This document shows positions 40,701 to 56,400 of a DNA stretch of 64,000 nucleotides, piece after piece. The notes below the pieces were generated by a model. That model did not search any database. It was not told the origin of the DNA and was given only the letters and a program-made list of their open reading frames with translations. This stretch comes from Auanema rhodensis. Taxonomy: Eukaryota; Animalia; Nematoda. The position numbers and the translations under genes were made by a program. Each line of letters starts with the position of its first letter. Within the stretch, counting starts at the first letter, position 1. The DNA is taken from the NCBI GenBank assembly GCA_964057225.1, contig OZ059896.1:23436001-23500000 (forward strand). The letters run 5' to 3'.

Positions 40701-43199
40701 GCTAATTAAATGTACACGTGATGTGCACTTGGTATGTAACTCGCTTCACGTGAAAGATAAAGAGATGCGGTTTTCAAAATTAGATTCCCCATGTCCATAT
40801 TAGTCTAAAAACAAATTTTTATTGATATTGGTTCATGGTAACCATGACTTTGAAATTTACGTGAACTTTAATTTATGCTAATTAAATGTACACGTGATGT
40901 GCACTTGGTATGTAACTCGCTTCACGTGAAAGATAAAGAGATGCGGTTTTCAAAATTAGATTCCCCATGTCCATATTAGTCTAAAAACAAATTTTTATTG
41001 ATATTGCTTCATGGTAACCATGACTTTGAAATTTACGTGAACTTTAATTTATGCTAATTAAATGTACACGTGATGTGCACTTGGTATGTAACTCGCTTCA
41101 CGTGAAAGATAAAGAGATGCGGTTTTCAAAATTAGATTCCCCATGTCCATATTAGTCTAAAAACACATTTTTATTGATATTGGTTCATGGTAACCATGAC
41201 TTTGAAATTTACGTGAACTTTAATTTATGCTAATTAAATGTACACGTGATGTGCACTTGGTATGTAACTCGCTTCACGTGAAAGATAAAGAGATGCGGTT
41301 TTCAAAATTAGATTCCCCATGTCCATATTAGTCTAAAAACAAATTTTTATTGATATTGGTGCATGGTAACCATGACTTTGAAATTTACGTGAACTTTAAT
41401 TTATGCTAATTAAATGTACACGTGATGTGCACTTGGTATGTAACTCGCTTCACGTGAAAGATAAAGAGATGCGGTTTTCAAAATTAGATTCCCCATGTCC
41501 ATATTAGTCTAAAAACAAATTTTTATTGATATTGCTTCATGGTAACCATGACTTTGAAATTTACGTGAACTTTAATTTATGCTAATTAAATGTACACGTG
41601 ATGTGCACTTGGTATGTAACTCGCTTCACGTGAAAGATAAAGAGATGCGGTTTTCAAAATTAGATTCCCCATGTCCATATTAGTCTAAAAACAAATTTTT
41701 ATTGATATTGGTGCATGGTAACCATGACTTTGAAATTTACGTGAACTTTAATTTATGCTAATTAAATGTACACGTGATGTGCACTTGGTATGTAACTCGC
41801 TTTACGTGAAAGATAAAGAGATGCGGTTTTCAAAATTAGATTCCCCATGTCCATATTAGTCTAAAAACAAATTTTTATTGATATTGGTGCATGGTAACCA
41901 TGACTTTGAAATTTACGTGAACTTTAATTTATGCTAATTAAATGTACACGTGATGTGCACTTGGTATGTAACTCGCTTCACGTGAAAGATAAAGAGATGC
42001 GGTTTTCAAAATTAGATTCCCCATGTCCATATTAGTCTAAAAACAAATTTTTATTGATATTGGTGCATGGTAACCATGACTTTGAAATTTACGTGAACTT
42101 TAATTTATGCTAATTAAATGTACACGTGATGTGCTCTTGGTATGTAACTCGCTTCACGTGAAAGATAAAGAGATGCGGTTTTCAAAATTAGATTCCCCAT
42201 GTCCATATTAGTCTAAAAACAAATTTTTATTGATATTGGTGCATGGTAACCATGACTTTGAAATTTACGTGAACTTTAATTTATGCTAATTAAATGTACA
42301 CGTGATATGCACTTGGTATGTAACTCGCTTCACGTGAAAGATAAAGAGATGCGGTTTTCAAAATTAGATTCCCCATGTCCATATTAGTCTAAAAACAAAT
42401 TTTTATTGATATTGGTTCATGGTAACCATGACTTTGAAATTTACGTGAACTTTAATTTATGCTAATTAAATGTACACGTGATGTGCACTTGGTATGTAAC
42501 TCGCTTCACGTGAAAGATAAAGAGATGCGGTTTTCAAAATTAGATTCCCCATTTCCATATTAGTCTAAAAACAAATTTTTATTGATATTGGTTCATGGTA
42601 ACCATGACTTTGAAATTTACGTGAACTTTAATTTATGCTAATTAAATGTACACGTGATGTGCACTTGGTATGTAACTCGCTTCACGTGAAAGATAAAGAG
42701 ATGCGGTTTTCAAAATTAGATTCCCCATGTCCATATTAGTCTAAAAACAAATTTTTATTGATATTGGTGCATGGTAACCATGACTTTGAATTTTACGTGA
42801 ACTTTAATTTATGCTAATTAAATGTACACGTGATGTGCACTTGGTATGTAACTCGCTTCACGTGAAAGATAAAGAGATGCGATTTTGAAAATTAGATTCC
42901 CCATGTCCATATTAGTCTAAAAACAAATTTTTATTGATATTGGTTCATGGTAACCATGACTTTGAAATTTACGTGAACTTTAATTTATGCTAATTAAATG
43001 TACACGTGATGTGCACTTGGTATGTAACTCGCTTCACGTGAAAGATAAAGAGATGCGGTTTTCAAAATTAGATTCCCCATGTCCATATTAGTCTAAAAAC
43101 AAATTTTTATTGATATTGGTGCGTGGTAACCATGACTTTGAAATTTACGTGAACTTTAATTTATGCTAATTAAATGTACACGTGATGTGCACTTGGTAT

Positions 43200-46100
43200 G
43201 TAACTCGCTTCACGTGAAAGATAAAGAGATGCGGTTTTCAAAATTAGATTCCCCACGTCCATATTAGTCTAAAAACAAATTTTTATTGATATTGGTTCAT
43301 GGTAACCATGACTTTGAAATTTACGTGAACTTTAATTTATGCTAATTAAATGTACACGTGATGTGCACTTGGTATGTAACTCGCTTCACGTGAAAGATAA
43401 AGAGATGCGGTTTTCAAAATTAGATTCCCCATGTCCATATTAGTCTAAAAACAAATTTTTATTGATATTGCTTCATGGTAACCATGACTTTGAAATTTAC
43501 GTGAACTTTAATTTATGCTAATTAAATGTACACGTGATGTGCACTTGGTATGTAACTCGGTTCACGTGAAAGATAAAGAGATGCGGTTTTCAAAATTAGA
43601 TTCCACATGTCCATATTAGTCTAAAAACAAATTTTTATTGATATTGGTTCATGGTAACCATGACTTTGAAATTTACGTGAACTTTAATTTATGCTAATTA
43701 AATGTACACGTGATGTGCACTTGGTATGTAACTCGCTTCACGTGAAAGATAAAGAGATGCGGTTTTCAAAATTAGATTCCCCATGTCCATATTAGTCTAA
43801 AAACAAATTTTTATTGATATTGGTGCATGGTAACCATGACTTTGAAATTTACGTGAACTTTAATTTATGCTAATTAAATGTACACGTGATGTGCACTTGG
43901 TATGTAACTCGCTTTACGTGAAAGATAAAGAGATGCGGTTTTCAAAATTAGATTCCCCATGTCCATATTAGTCTAAAAACAAATTTTTATTGATATTGGT
44001 GCATGGTAACCATGACTTTGAAATTTACGTGAACTTTAATTTATGCTAATTAAATGTACACGTGATGTGCACTTGGTATGTAACTCGCTTCACGTGAAAG
44101 ATAAAGAGATGCGGTTTTTAAAATTAGATTCCCCATGTCCATATTAGTCTAAAAACAAATTTTTATTGATATTGCTTCATGGTAACCATGACTTTGAAAT
44201 TTACGTGAACTTTAATTTATGCTAATTAAATGTACACGTGATGTGCACTTGGTATGTAACTCGCTTCACGTGAAAGATAAAGAGATGCGGTTTTCAAAAT
44301 TAGATTCCCCATGTCCATATTAGTCTAAAAACAAATTTTTATTGATATTGGTGCATGGTAACCATGACTTTGAATTTTACGTGAACTTTAATTTATGCTA
44401 ATTAAATGTACACGTGATGTGCACTTGGTATGTAACTCGCTTCACGTGAAAGATAAAGAGATGCGATTTTGAAAATTAGATTCCCCATGTCCATATTAGT
44501 CTAAAAACAAATTTTTATTGATATTGGTTCATGGTAACCATGACTTTGAAATTTACGTGAACTTTAATTTATGCTAATTAAATGTACACGTGATGTGCAC
44601 TTGGTATGTAACTCGCTTCACGTGAAAGATAAAGAGATGCGGTTTTCAAAATTAGATTCCCCATGTCCATATTAGTCTAAAAACAAATTTTTATTGATAT
44701 TGGTGCGTGGTAACCATGACTTTGAAATTTACGTGAACTTTAATTTATGCTAATTAAATGTACACGTGATGTGCACTTGGTATGTAACTCGCTTCACGTG
44801 AAAGATAAAGAGATGCGGTTTTCAAAATTAGATTCCCCACGTCCATATTAGTCTAAAAACAAATTTTTATTGATATTGGTTCATGGTAACCATGACTTTG
44901 AAATTTACGTGAACTTTAATTTATGCTAATTAAGTGTACACGTGATGTGCACTTGGTATGTAACTCGCTTCACGTGAAAGATAAAGAGATGCGGTTTTCA
45001 AAATTAGATTCCCCATGTCCATATTAGTCTAAAAACAAATTTTTATTGATATTGCTTCATGGTAACCATGACTTTGAAATTTACGTGAACTTTAATTTAT
45101 GCTAATTAAGTGTACACGTGATGTGCACTTGGTATGTAACTCGCTTCACGTGAAAGATAAAGAGATGCGGTTTTCAAAATTAGATTCCCCATGTCCATAT
45201 TAGTCTAAAAACAAATTTTTATTGATATTGGTTCATGGTAACCATGACTTTGAAATTTACGTGAACTTTAATTTATGCTAATTAAGTGTACACGTGATGT
45301 GCACTTGGTATGTAACTCGCTTCACGTGAAAGATAAAGAGATGCGGTTTTCAAAATTAGATTCCCCACGTCCATATTAGTCTAAAAACAAATTTTTATTG
45401 ATATTGGTTCATGGTAACCATGACTTTGAAATTTACGTGAACTTTAATTTATGCTAATTAAGTGTACACGTGATGTGCACTTGGTATGTAACTCGCTTCA
45501 CGTGAAAGATAAAGAGATGCGGTTTTCAAAATTAGATTCCCCATGTCCATATTAGTCTAAAAACAAATTTTTATTGATATTGGTGCGTGGTAACCATGAC
45601 TTTGAAATTTACGTGAACTTTAATTTATGCTAATTAAGTGTACACGTGATGTGCACTTGGTATGTAACTCGCTTCACGTGAAAGATAAAGAGATGCGGTT
45701 TTCAAAATTAGATTCCCCATGTCCATATTAGTCTAAAAACAAATTTTTATTGATATTGCTTCATGGTAACCATGACTTTGAAATTTACGTGAACTTTAAT
45801 TTATGCTAATTAAATGTACACGTGATGTGCACTTGGTATGTAACTCGGTTCACGTGAAAGATAAAGAGATGCGGTTTTCAAAATTAGATTCCACATGTCC
45901 ATATTAGTCTAAAAACAAATTTTTATTGATATTGGTTCATGGTAACCATGACTTTGAAATTTACGTGAACTTTAATTTATGCTAATTAAATGTACACGTG
46001 ATGTGCACTTGGTATGTAACTCGCTTCACGTGAAAGATAAAGAGATGCGGTTTTCAAAATTAGATTCCCCATGTCCATATTAGTCTAAAAACAAATTTTT

Positions 46101-49100
46101 ATTGATATTGGTGCATGGTAACCATGACTTTGAAATTTACGTGAACTTTAATTTATGCTAATTAAATGTACACGTGATGTGCACTTGGTATGTAACTCGC
46201 TTTACGTGAAAGATAAAGAGATGCGGTTTTCAAAATTAGATTCCCCATGTCCATATTAGTCTAAAAACAAATTTTTATTGATATTGGTGCATGGTAACCA
46301 TGACTTTGAAATTTACGTGAACTTTAATTTATGCTAATTAAATGTACACGTGATGTGCACTTGGTATGTAACTCGCTTCACGTGAAAGATAAAGAGATGC
46401 GGTTTTTAAAATTAGATTCCCCATGTCCATATTAGTCTAAAAACAAATTTTTATTGATATTGCTTCATGGTAACCATGACTTTGAAATTTACGTGAACTT
46501 TAATTTATGCTAATTAAATGTACACGTGATGTGCACTTGGTATGTAACTCGCTTCACGTGAAAGATAAAGAGATGCGGTTTTCAAAATTAGATTCCCCAT
46601 GTCCATATTAGTCTAAAAACAAATTTTTATTGATATTGGTGCATGGTAACCATGACTTTGAATTTTACGTGAACTTTAATTTATGCTAATTAAATGTACA
46701 CGTGATGTGCACTTGGTATGTAACTCGCTTCACGTGAAAGATAAAGAGATGCGATTTTGAAAATTAGATTCCCCATGTCCATATTAGTCTAAAAACAAAT
46801 TTTTATTGATATTGGTTCATGGTAACCATGACTTTGAAATTTACGTGAACTTTAATTTATGCTAATTAAATGTACACGTGATGTGCACTTGGTATGTAAC
46901 TCGCTTCACGTGAAAGATAAAGAGATGCGGTTTTCAAAATTAGATTCCCCATGTCCATATTAGTCTAAAAACAAATTTTTATTGATATTGGTGCGTGGTA
47001 ACCATGACTTTGAAATTTACGTGAACTTTAATTTATGCTAATTAAATGTACACGTGATGTGCACTTGGTATGTAACTCGCTTCACGTGAAAGATAAAGAG
47101 ATGCGGTTTTCAAAATTAGATTCCCCACGTCCATATTAGTCTAAAAACAAATTTTTATTGATATTGGTTCATGGTAACCATGACTTTGAAATTTACGTGA
47201 ACTTTAATTTATGCTAATTAAGTGTACACGTGATGTGCACTTGGTATGTAACTCGCTTCACGTGAAAGATAAAGAGATGCGGTTTTCAAAATTAGATTCC
47301 CCATGTCCATATTAGTCTAAAAACAAATTTTTATTGATATTGCTTCATGGTAACCATGACTTTGAAATTTACGTGAACTTTAATTTATGCTAATTAAATG
47401 TACACGTGATGTGCACTTGGTATGTAACTCGGTTCACGTGAAAGATAAAGAGATGCGGTTTTCAAAATTAGATTCCACATGTCCATATTAGTCTAAAAAC
47501 AAATTTTTATTGATATTGGTTCATGGTAACCATGACTTTGAAATTTACGTGAACTTTAATTTATGCTAATTAAATGTACACGTGATGTGCACTTGGTATG
47601 TAACTCGCTTCACGTGAAAGATAAAGAGATGCGGTTTTCAAAATTAGATTCCCCATGTCCATATTAGTCTAAAAACAAATTTTTATTGATATTGGTTCAT
47701 GGTAACCATGACTTTGAAATTTACGTGAACTTTAATTTATGCTAATTAAGTGTACACGTGATGTGCACTTGGTATGTAACTCGCTTCACGTGAAAGATAA
47801 AGAGATGCGGTTTTCAAAATTAGATTCCCCATGTCCATATTAGTCTAAAAACAAATTTTTATTGATATTGGTGCATGGTAACCATGACTTTGAAATTTAC
47901 GTGAACTTTAATTTATGCTAATTAAATGTACACGTGATGTGCACTTGGTATGTAACTCGCTTCACGTGAAAGATAAAGAGATGCGGTTTTCAAAATTAGA
48001 TTCCCCATGTCCATATTAGTCTAAAAACAAATTTTTATTGATATTGGTTCATGGTAACCATGACTTTGAAATTTACGTGAACTTTAATTTATGCTAATTA
48101 AATGTACACGTGATGTGCACTTGGTATGTAACTCGCTTCACGTGAAAGATAAAGAGATGCGGTTTTTAAAATTAGATTCCCCATGTCCATATTAGTCTAA
48201 AAACAAATTTTTATTGATATTGCTTCATGGTAACCATGACTTTGAAATTTACGTGAACTTTAATTTATGCTAATTAAATGTACACGTGATGTGCACTTGG
48301 TATGTAACTCGCTTCACGTGAAAGATAAAGAGATGCGGTTTTCAAAATTAGATTCCCCATGTCCATATTAGTCTAAAAACAAATTTTTATTGATATTGGT
48401 TCATGGTAACCATGACTTTGAAATTTACGTGAACTTTAATTTATGCTAATTAAATGTACACGTGATGTGCACTTGGTATGTAACTCGCTTCACGTGAAAG
48501 ATAAAGAGATGCGGTTTTCAAAATTAGATTCCCCACGTCCATATTAGTCTAAAAACAAATTTTTATTGATATTGGTTCATGGTAACCATGACTTTGAAAT
48601 TTACGTGAACTTTAATTTATGCTAATTAAGTGTACACGTGATGTGCACTTGGTATGTAACTCGCTTCACGTGAAAGATAAAGAGATGCGGTTTTCAAAAT
48701 TAGATTCCCCATGTCCATATTAGTCTAAAAACAAATTTTTATTGATATTGCTTCATGGTAACCATGACTTTGAAATTTACGTGAACTTTAATTTATGCTA
48801 ATTAAATGTACACGTGATGTGCACTTGGTATGTAACTCGGTTCACGTGAAAGATAAAGAGATGCGGTTTTCAAAATTAGATTCCACATGTCCATATTAGT
48901 CTAAAAACAAATTTTTATTGATATTGGTTCATGGTAACCATGACTTTGAAATTTACGTGAACTTTAATTTATGCTAATTAAATGTACACGTGATGTGCAC
49001 TTGGTATGTAACTCGCTTCACGTGAAAGATAAAGAGATGCGGTTTTCAAAATTAGATTCCCCATGTCCATATTAGTCTAAAAACAAATTTTTATTGATAT

Positions 49101-52100
49101 TGGTGCATGGTAACCATGACTTTGAAATTTACGTGAACTTTAATTTATGCTAATTAAATGTACACGTGATGTGCACTTGGTATGTAACTCGCTTTACGTG
49201 AAAGATAAAGAGATGCGGTTTTCAAAATTAGATTCCCCATGTCCATATTAGTCTAAAAACAAATTTTTATTGATATTGGTGCATGGTAACCATGACTTTG
49301 AAATTTACGTGAACTTTAATTTATGCTAATTAAATGTACACGTGATGTGCACTTGGTATGTAACTCGCTTCACGTGAAAGATAAAGAGATGCGGTTTTTA
49401 AAATTAGATTCCCCATGTCCATATTAGTCTAAAAACAAATTTTTATTGATATTGGTGCATGGTAACCATGACTTTGAAATTTACGTGAACTTTAATTTAT
49501 GCTAATTAAATGTACACGTGATGTGCACTTGGTATGTAACTCGCTTCACGTGAAAGATAAAGAGATGCGGTTCTCAAAATTAGATTCCCCATGTCCATAT
49601 TAGTCTAAAAACAAATTTTTATTGATATTGGTGCATGGTAACCATGACTTTGAATTTTACGTGAACTTTAATTTATGCTAATTAAATGTACACGTGATGT
49701 GCACTTGGTATGTAACTCGCTTCACGTGAAAGATAAAGAGATGCGATTTTGAAAATTAGATTCCCCATGTCCATATTAGTCTAAAAACAAATTTTTATTG
49801 ATATTGGTTCATGGTAACCATGACTTTGAAATTTACGTGAACTTTAATTTATGCTAATTAAATGTACACGTGATGTGCACTTGGTATGTAACTCGCTTCA
49901 CGTGAAAGATAAAGAGATGCGGTTTTCAAAATTAGATTCCCCATGTCCATATTAGTCTAAAAACAAATTTTTATTGATATTGGTGCGTGGTAACCATGAC
50001 TTTGAAATTTACGTGAACTTTAATTTATGCTAATTAAATGTACACGTGATGTGCACTTGGTATGTAACTCGCTTCACGTGAAAGATAAAGAGATGCGGTT
50101 TTCAAAATTAGATTCCCCACGTCCATATTAGTCTAAAAACAAATTTTTATTGATATTGGTTCATGGTAACCATGACTTTGAAATTTACGTGAACTTTAAT
50201 TTATGCTAATTAAGTGTACACGTGATGTGCACTTGGTATGTAACTCGCTTCACGTGAAAGATAAAGAGATGCGGTTTTCAAAATTAGATTCCCCATGTCC
50301 ATATTAGTCTAAAAACAAATTTTTATTGATATTGCTTCATGGTAACCATGACTTTGAAATTTACGTGAACTTTAATTTATGCTAATTAAGTGTACACGTG
50401 ATGTGCACTTGGTATGTAACTCGCTTCACGTGAAAGATAAAGAGATGCGGTTTTCAAAATTAGATTCCCCATGTCCATATTAGTCTAAAAACAAATTTTT
50501 ATTGATATTGGTTCATGGTAACCATGACTTTGAAATTTACGTGAACTTTAATTTATGCTAATTAAGTGTACACGTGATGTGCACTTGGTATGTAACTCGC
50601 TTCACGTGAAAGATAAAGAGATGCGGTTTTCAAAATTAGATTCCCCACGTCCATATTAGTCTAAAAACAAATTTTTATTGATATTGGTTCATGGTAACCA
50701 TGACTTTGAAATTTACGTGAACTTTAATTTATGCTAATTAAGTGTACACGTGATGTGCACTTGGTATGTAACTCGCTTCACGTGAAAGATAAAGAGATGC
50801 GGTTTTCAAAATTAGATTCCCCATGTCCATATTAGTCTAAAAACAAATTTTTATTGATATTGGTGCGTGGTAACCATGACTTTGAAATTTACGTGAACTT
50901 TAATTTATGCTAATTAAGTGTACACGTGATGTGCACTTGGTATGTAACTCGCTTCACGTGAAAGATAAAGAGATGCGGTTTTCAAAATTAGATTCCCCAT
51001 GTCCATATTAGTCTAAAAACAAATTTTTATTGATATTGCTTCATGGTAACCATGACTTTGAAATTTACGTGAACTTTAATTTATGCTAATTAAATGTACA
51101 CGTGATGTGCACTTGGTATGTAACTCGGTTCACGTGAAAGATAAAGAGATGCGGTTTTCAAAATTAGATTCCACATGTCCATATTAGTCTAAAAACAAAT
51201 TTTTATTGATATTGGTTCATGGTAACCATGACTTTGAAATTTACGTGAACTTTAATTTATGCTAATTAAATGTACACGTGATGTGCACTTGGTATGTAAC
51301 TCGCTTCACGTGAAAGATAAAGAGATGCGGTTTTCAAAATTAGATTCCCCATGTCCATATTAGTCTAAAAACAAATTTTTATTGATATTGGTGCATGGTA
51401 ACCATGACTTTGAAATTTACGTGAACTTTAATTTATGCTAATTAAATGTACACGTGATGTGCACTTGGTATGTAACTCGCTTTACGTGAAAGATAAAGAG
51501 ATGCGGTTTTCAAAATTAGATTCCCCATGTCCATATTAGTCTAAAAACAAATTTTTATTGATATTGGTGCATGGTAACCATGACTTTGAAATTTACGTGA
51601 ACTTTAATTTATGCTAATTAAATGTACACGTGATGTGCACTTGGTATGTAACTCGCTTCACGTGAAAGATAAAGAGATGCGGTTTTTAAAATTAGATTCC
51701 CCATGTCCATATTAGTCTAAAAACAAATTTTTATTGATATTGCTTCATGGTAACCATGACTTTGAAATTTACGTGAACTTTAATTTATGCTAATTAAATG
51801 TACACGTGATGTGCACTTGGTATGTAACTCGCTTCACGTGAAAGATAAAGAGATGCGGTTTTCAAAATTAGATTCCCCATGTCCATATTAGTCTAAAAAC
51901 AAATTTTTATTGATATTGGTGCATGGTAACCATGACTTTGAATTTTACGTGAACTTTAATTTATGCTAATTAAATGTACACGTGATGTGCACTTGGTATG
52001 TAACTCGCTTCACGTGAAAGATAAAGAGATGCGATTTTGAAAATTAGATTCCCCATGTCCATATTAGTCTAAAAACAAATTTTTATTGATATTGGTTCAT

Positions 52101-52970
52101 GGTAACCATGACTTTGAAATTTACGTGAACTTTAATTTATGCTAATTAAATGTACACGTGATGTGCACTTGGTATGTAACTCGCTTCACGTGAAAGATAA
52201 AGAGATGCGGTTTTCAAAATTAGATTCCCCATGTCCATATTAGTCTAAAAACAAATTTTTATTGATATTGGTGCGTGGTAACCATGACTTTGAAATTTAC
52301 GTGAACTTTAATTTATGCTAATTAAATGTACACGTGATGTGCACTTGGTATGTAACTCGCTTCACGTGAAAGATAAAGAGATGCGGTTTTCAAAATTAGA
52401 TTCCCCACGTCCATATTAGTCTAAAAACAAATTTTTATTGATATTGGTTCATGGTAACCATGACTTTGAAATTTACGTGAACTTTAATTTATGCTAATTA
52501 AGTGTACACGTGATGTGCACTTGGTATGTAACTCGCTTCACGTGAAAGATAAAGAGATGCGGTTTTCAAAATTAGATTCCCCATGTCCATATTAGTCTAA
52601 AAACAAATTTTTATTGATATTGCTTCATGGTAACCATGACTTTGAAATTTACGTGAACTTTAATTTATGCTAATTAAATGTACACGTGATGTGCACTTGG
52701 TATGTAACTCGGTTCACGTGAAAGATAAAGAGATGCGGTTTTCAAAATTAGATTCCACATGTCCATATTAGTCTAAAAACAAATTTTTATTGATATTGGT
52801 TCATGGTAACCATGACTTTGAAATTTACGTGAACTTTAATTTATGCTAATTAAATGTACACGTGATGTGCACTTGGTATGTAACTCGCTTCACGTGAAAG
52901 ATAAAGAGATGCGGTTTTCAAAATTAGATTCCCCATGTCCATATTAGTCTAAAAACAAATTTTTATTGAT
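43200..52970. repeat. 30-monomer (5280 bp) higher-order duplication with a nested 13-monomer unit
   Basis: A22T+G113A+C118G monomers at 44375/46663 and 49655/51943. ~44.34-47.69 kb appears identical to ~49.62-52.97 kb. Markers A2G, T135C, A53G, C87G+C132A, C90T. Confidence 0.85.
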
Positions 52971-53499
52971 ATTGGTGCATGGTAACCATGACTTTGAAAT
53001 TTACGTGAACTTTAATTTATGCTAATTAAATGTACACGTGATGTGCACTTGGTATGTAACTCGCTTTACGTGAAAGATAAAGAGATGCGGTTTTCAAAAT
53101 TAGATTCCCCATGTCCATATTAGTCTAAAAACAAATTTTTATTGATATTGGTGCATGGTAACCATGACTTTGAAATTTACGTGAACTTTAATTTATGCTA
53201 ATTAAATGTACACGTGATGTGCTCTTGGTATGTAACTCGCTTCACGTGAAAGATAAAGAGATGCGGTTTGCAAAATTAGATTCCCCATGTCCATATTAGT
53301 CTAAAAACAAATTTTTATTGATATTGGTTCATGGTAACCATGACTTTGAAATTTACGTGAACTTTAATTTATGCTAATTAAATGTACACGTGATGTGCAC
53401 TTGGTATGTAACTCGCTTCACGTGAAAGATAAAGAGATGCGGTTTTTAAAATTAGATTCCCCATGTCCATATTAGTCTAAAAACAAATTTTTATTGATA

Positions 53500-56400
53500 T
53501 TGCTTCATGGTAACCATGACTTTGAAATTTACGTGAACTTTAATTTATGCTAATTAAATGTACACGTGATGTGCACTTGGTATGTAACTCGCTTCACGTG
53601 AAAGATAAAGAGATGCGGTTTTCAAAATTAGATTCCCCATGTCCATATTAGTCTAAAAACAAATTTTTATTGATATTGGTTCATGGTAACCATGACTTTG
53701 AAATTTACGTGAACTTTAATTTATGCTAATTAAATGTACACGTGATGTGCACTTGGTATGTAACTCGCTTCACGTGAAAGATAAAGAGATGCGGTTCTCA
53801 AAATTAGATTCCCCATGTCCATATTAGTCTAAAAACAAATTTTTATTGATATTGGTGCATGGTAACCATGACTTTGAAATTTACGTGAACTTTAATTTAT
53901 GCTAATTAAATGTACACGTGATGTGCACTTGGTATGTAACTCGCTTCACGTGAAAGATAAAGAGATGCGGTTCTCAAAATTAGATTCCCCATGTCCATAT
54001 TAGTCTAAAAACAAATTTTTATTGATATTGGTGCATGGTAACCATGACTTTGAAATTTACGTGAACTTTAATTTATGCTAATTAAATGTACACGTGATGT
54101 GCACTTGGTATGTAACTCGCTTCACGTGAAAGATAAAGAGATGCGGTTTTCAAAATTAGATTCCCCATGTCCATATTAGTCTAAAAACAAATTTTTATTG
54201 ATATTGGTTCATGGTAACCATGACTTTGAAATTTACGTGAACTTTAATTTATGCTAATTAAATGTACACGTGATGTGCACTTGGTATGTAACTCGCTTCA
54301 CGTGAAAGATAAAGAGATGCGGTTTTCAAAATTAGATTCCCCATGTCCATATTAGTCTAAAAACAAATTTTTATTGATATTGGTGCATGGTAACCATGAC
54401 TTTGAAATTTACGTGAACTTTAATTTATGCTAATTAAATGTACACGTGATGTGCACTTGGTATGTAACTCGCTTCACGTGAAAGATAAAGAGATGCGGTT
54501 TTCAAAATTAGATTCCCCATGTCCATATTAGTCTAAAAACAAATTTTTATTGATATTGGTTCATGGTAACCATGACTTTGAAATTTACGTGAACTTTAAT
54601 TTATGCTAATTAAATGTACACGTGATGTGCACTTGGTATGTAACTCGCTTCACGTGAAAGATAAAGAGATGCGGTTTTCAAAATTAGATTCCCCATGTCC
54701 ATATTAGTCTAAAAACAAATTTTTATTGATATTGGTGCATGGTAACCATGACTTTGAATTTTACGTGAACTTTAATTTATGCTAATTAAATGTACACGTG
54801 ATGTGCACTTGGTATGTAACTCGCTTCACGTGAAAGATAAAGAGATGCGATTTTCAAAATTAGATTCCCCATGTCCATATTAGTCTAAAAACGAATTTTT
54901 ATTGATATTGGTTCATGGTAACCATGACTTTGAAATTTACGTGAACTTTAATTTATGCTAATTAAATGTACACGTGATGTGCACTTGGTATGTAACTCGC
55001 TTCACGTGAAAGATAAAGAGATGCGGTTTTTAAAATTAGATTCCCCATGTCCATATTAGTCTAAAAACAAATTTTTATTGATATTGCTTCATGGTAACCA
55101 TGACTTTGAAATTTACGTGAACTTTAATTTATGCTAATTAAATGTACACGTGATGTGCACTTGGTATGTAACTCGCTTCACGTGAAAGATAAAGAGATGC
55201 GGTTTTCAAAATTAGATTCCCCATGTCCATATTAGTCTAAAAACAAATTTTTATTGATATTGGTTCATGGTAACCATGACTTTGAAATTTACGTGAACTT
55301 TAATTTATGCTAATTAAATGTACACGTGATGTGCACTTGGTATGTAACTCGCTTCACGTGAAAGATAAAGAGATGCGGTTTTCAAAATTAGATTCCCCAT
55401 GTCCATATTAGTCTAAAAACAAATTTTTATTGATATTGGTTCATGGTAACCATGACTTTGAAATTTACGTGAACTTTAATTTATGCTAATTAAATGTACA
55501 CGTGATGTGCACTTGGTATGTAACTCGCTTCACGTGAAAGATAAAGAGATGCCGTTTTCAAAATTAGATTCCCCATGTCCATATTAGTCTAAAAACAAAT
55601 TTTTATTGATATTGGTTCATGGTAACCATGACTTTGAAATTTACGTGAACTTTAATTTATGCTAATTAAATGTACACGTGATGTGCACTTGGTATGTAAC
55701 TCGCTTCACGTGAAAGATAAAGAGATGCGGTTTTCAAAATTAGATTCCCCATGTCCATATTAGTCTAAAAACAAATTTTTATTGATATTGCTTCATGGTA
55801 ACCATGACTTTGAAATTTACGTGAACTTTAATTTATGCTGATTAAATGTACACGTGATGTGCACTTGGTATGTAACTCGCTTCACGTGAAAGATAAAGAG
55901 ATGCGGTTTTCAAAATTAGATTCCCCATGTCCATATTAGTCTAAAAACAAATTTTTATTGATATTGGTTCATGGTAACCATGACTTTGAAATTTACGTGA
56001 ACTTTAATTTATGCTAATTAAATGTACACGTGATGTGCACTTGGTATGTAACTCGCTTCACGTGAAAGATAAAGAGATGCGGTTTTCAAAATTAGATTCC
56101 CCATGTCCATATTAGTCTAAAAACAAATTTTTATTGATATTGGTGCATGGTAACCATAACTTTGAAATTTACGTGAACTTTAATTTATGCTAATTAAATG
56201 TACACGTGATGTGCACTTGGTATGTAACTCGCTTCACGTGAAAGATAAAGAGATGCGATTTTCAAAATTAGATTCCCCATGTCCATATTAGTCTAAAAAC
56301 GAATTTTTATTGATATTGGTTCATGGTAACCATGACTTTGAAATTTACGTGAACTTTAATTTATGCTAATTAAATGTACACGTGATGTGCACTTGGTATG

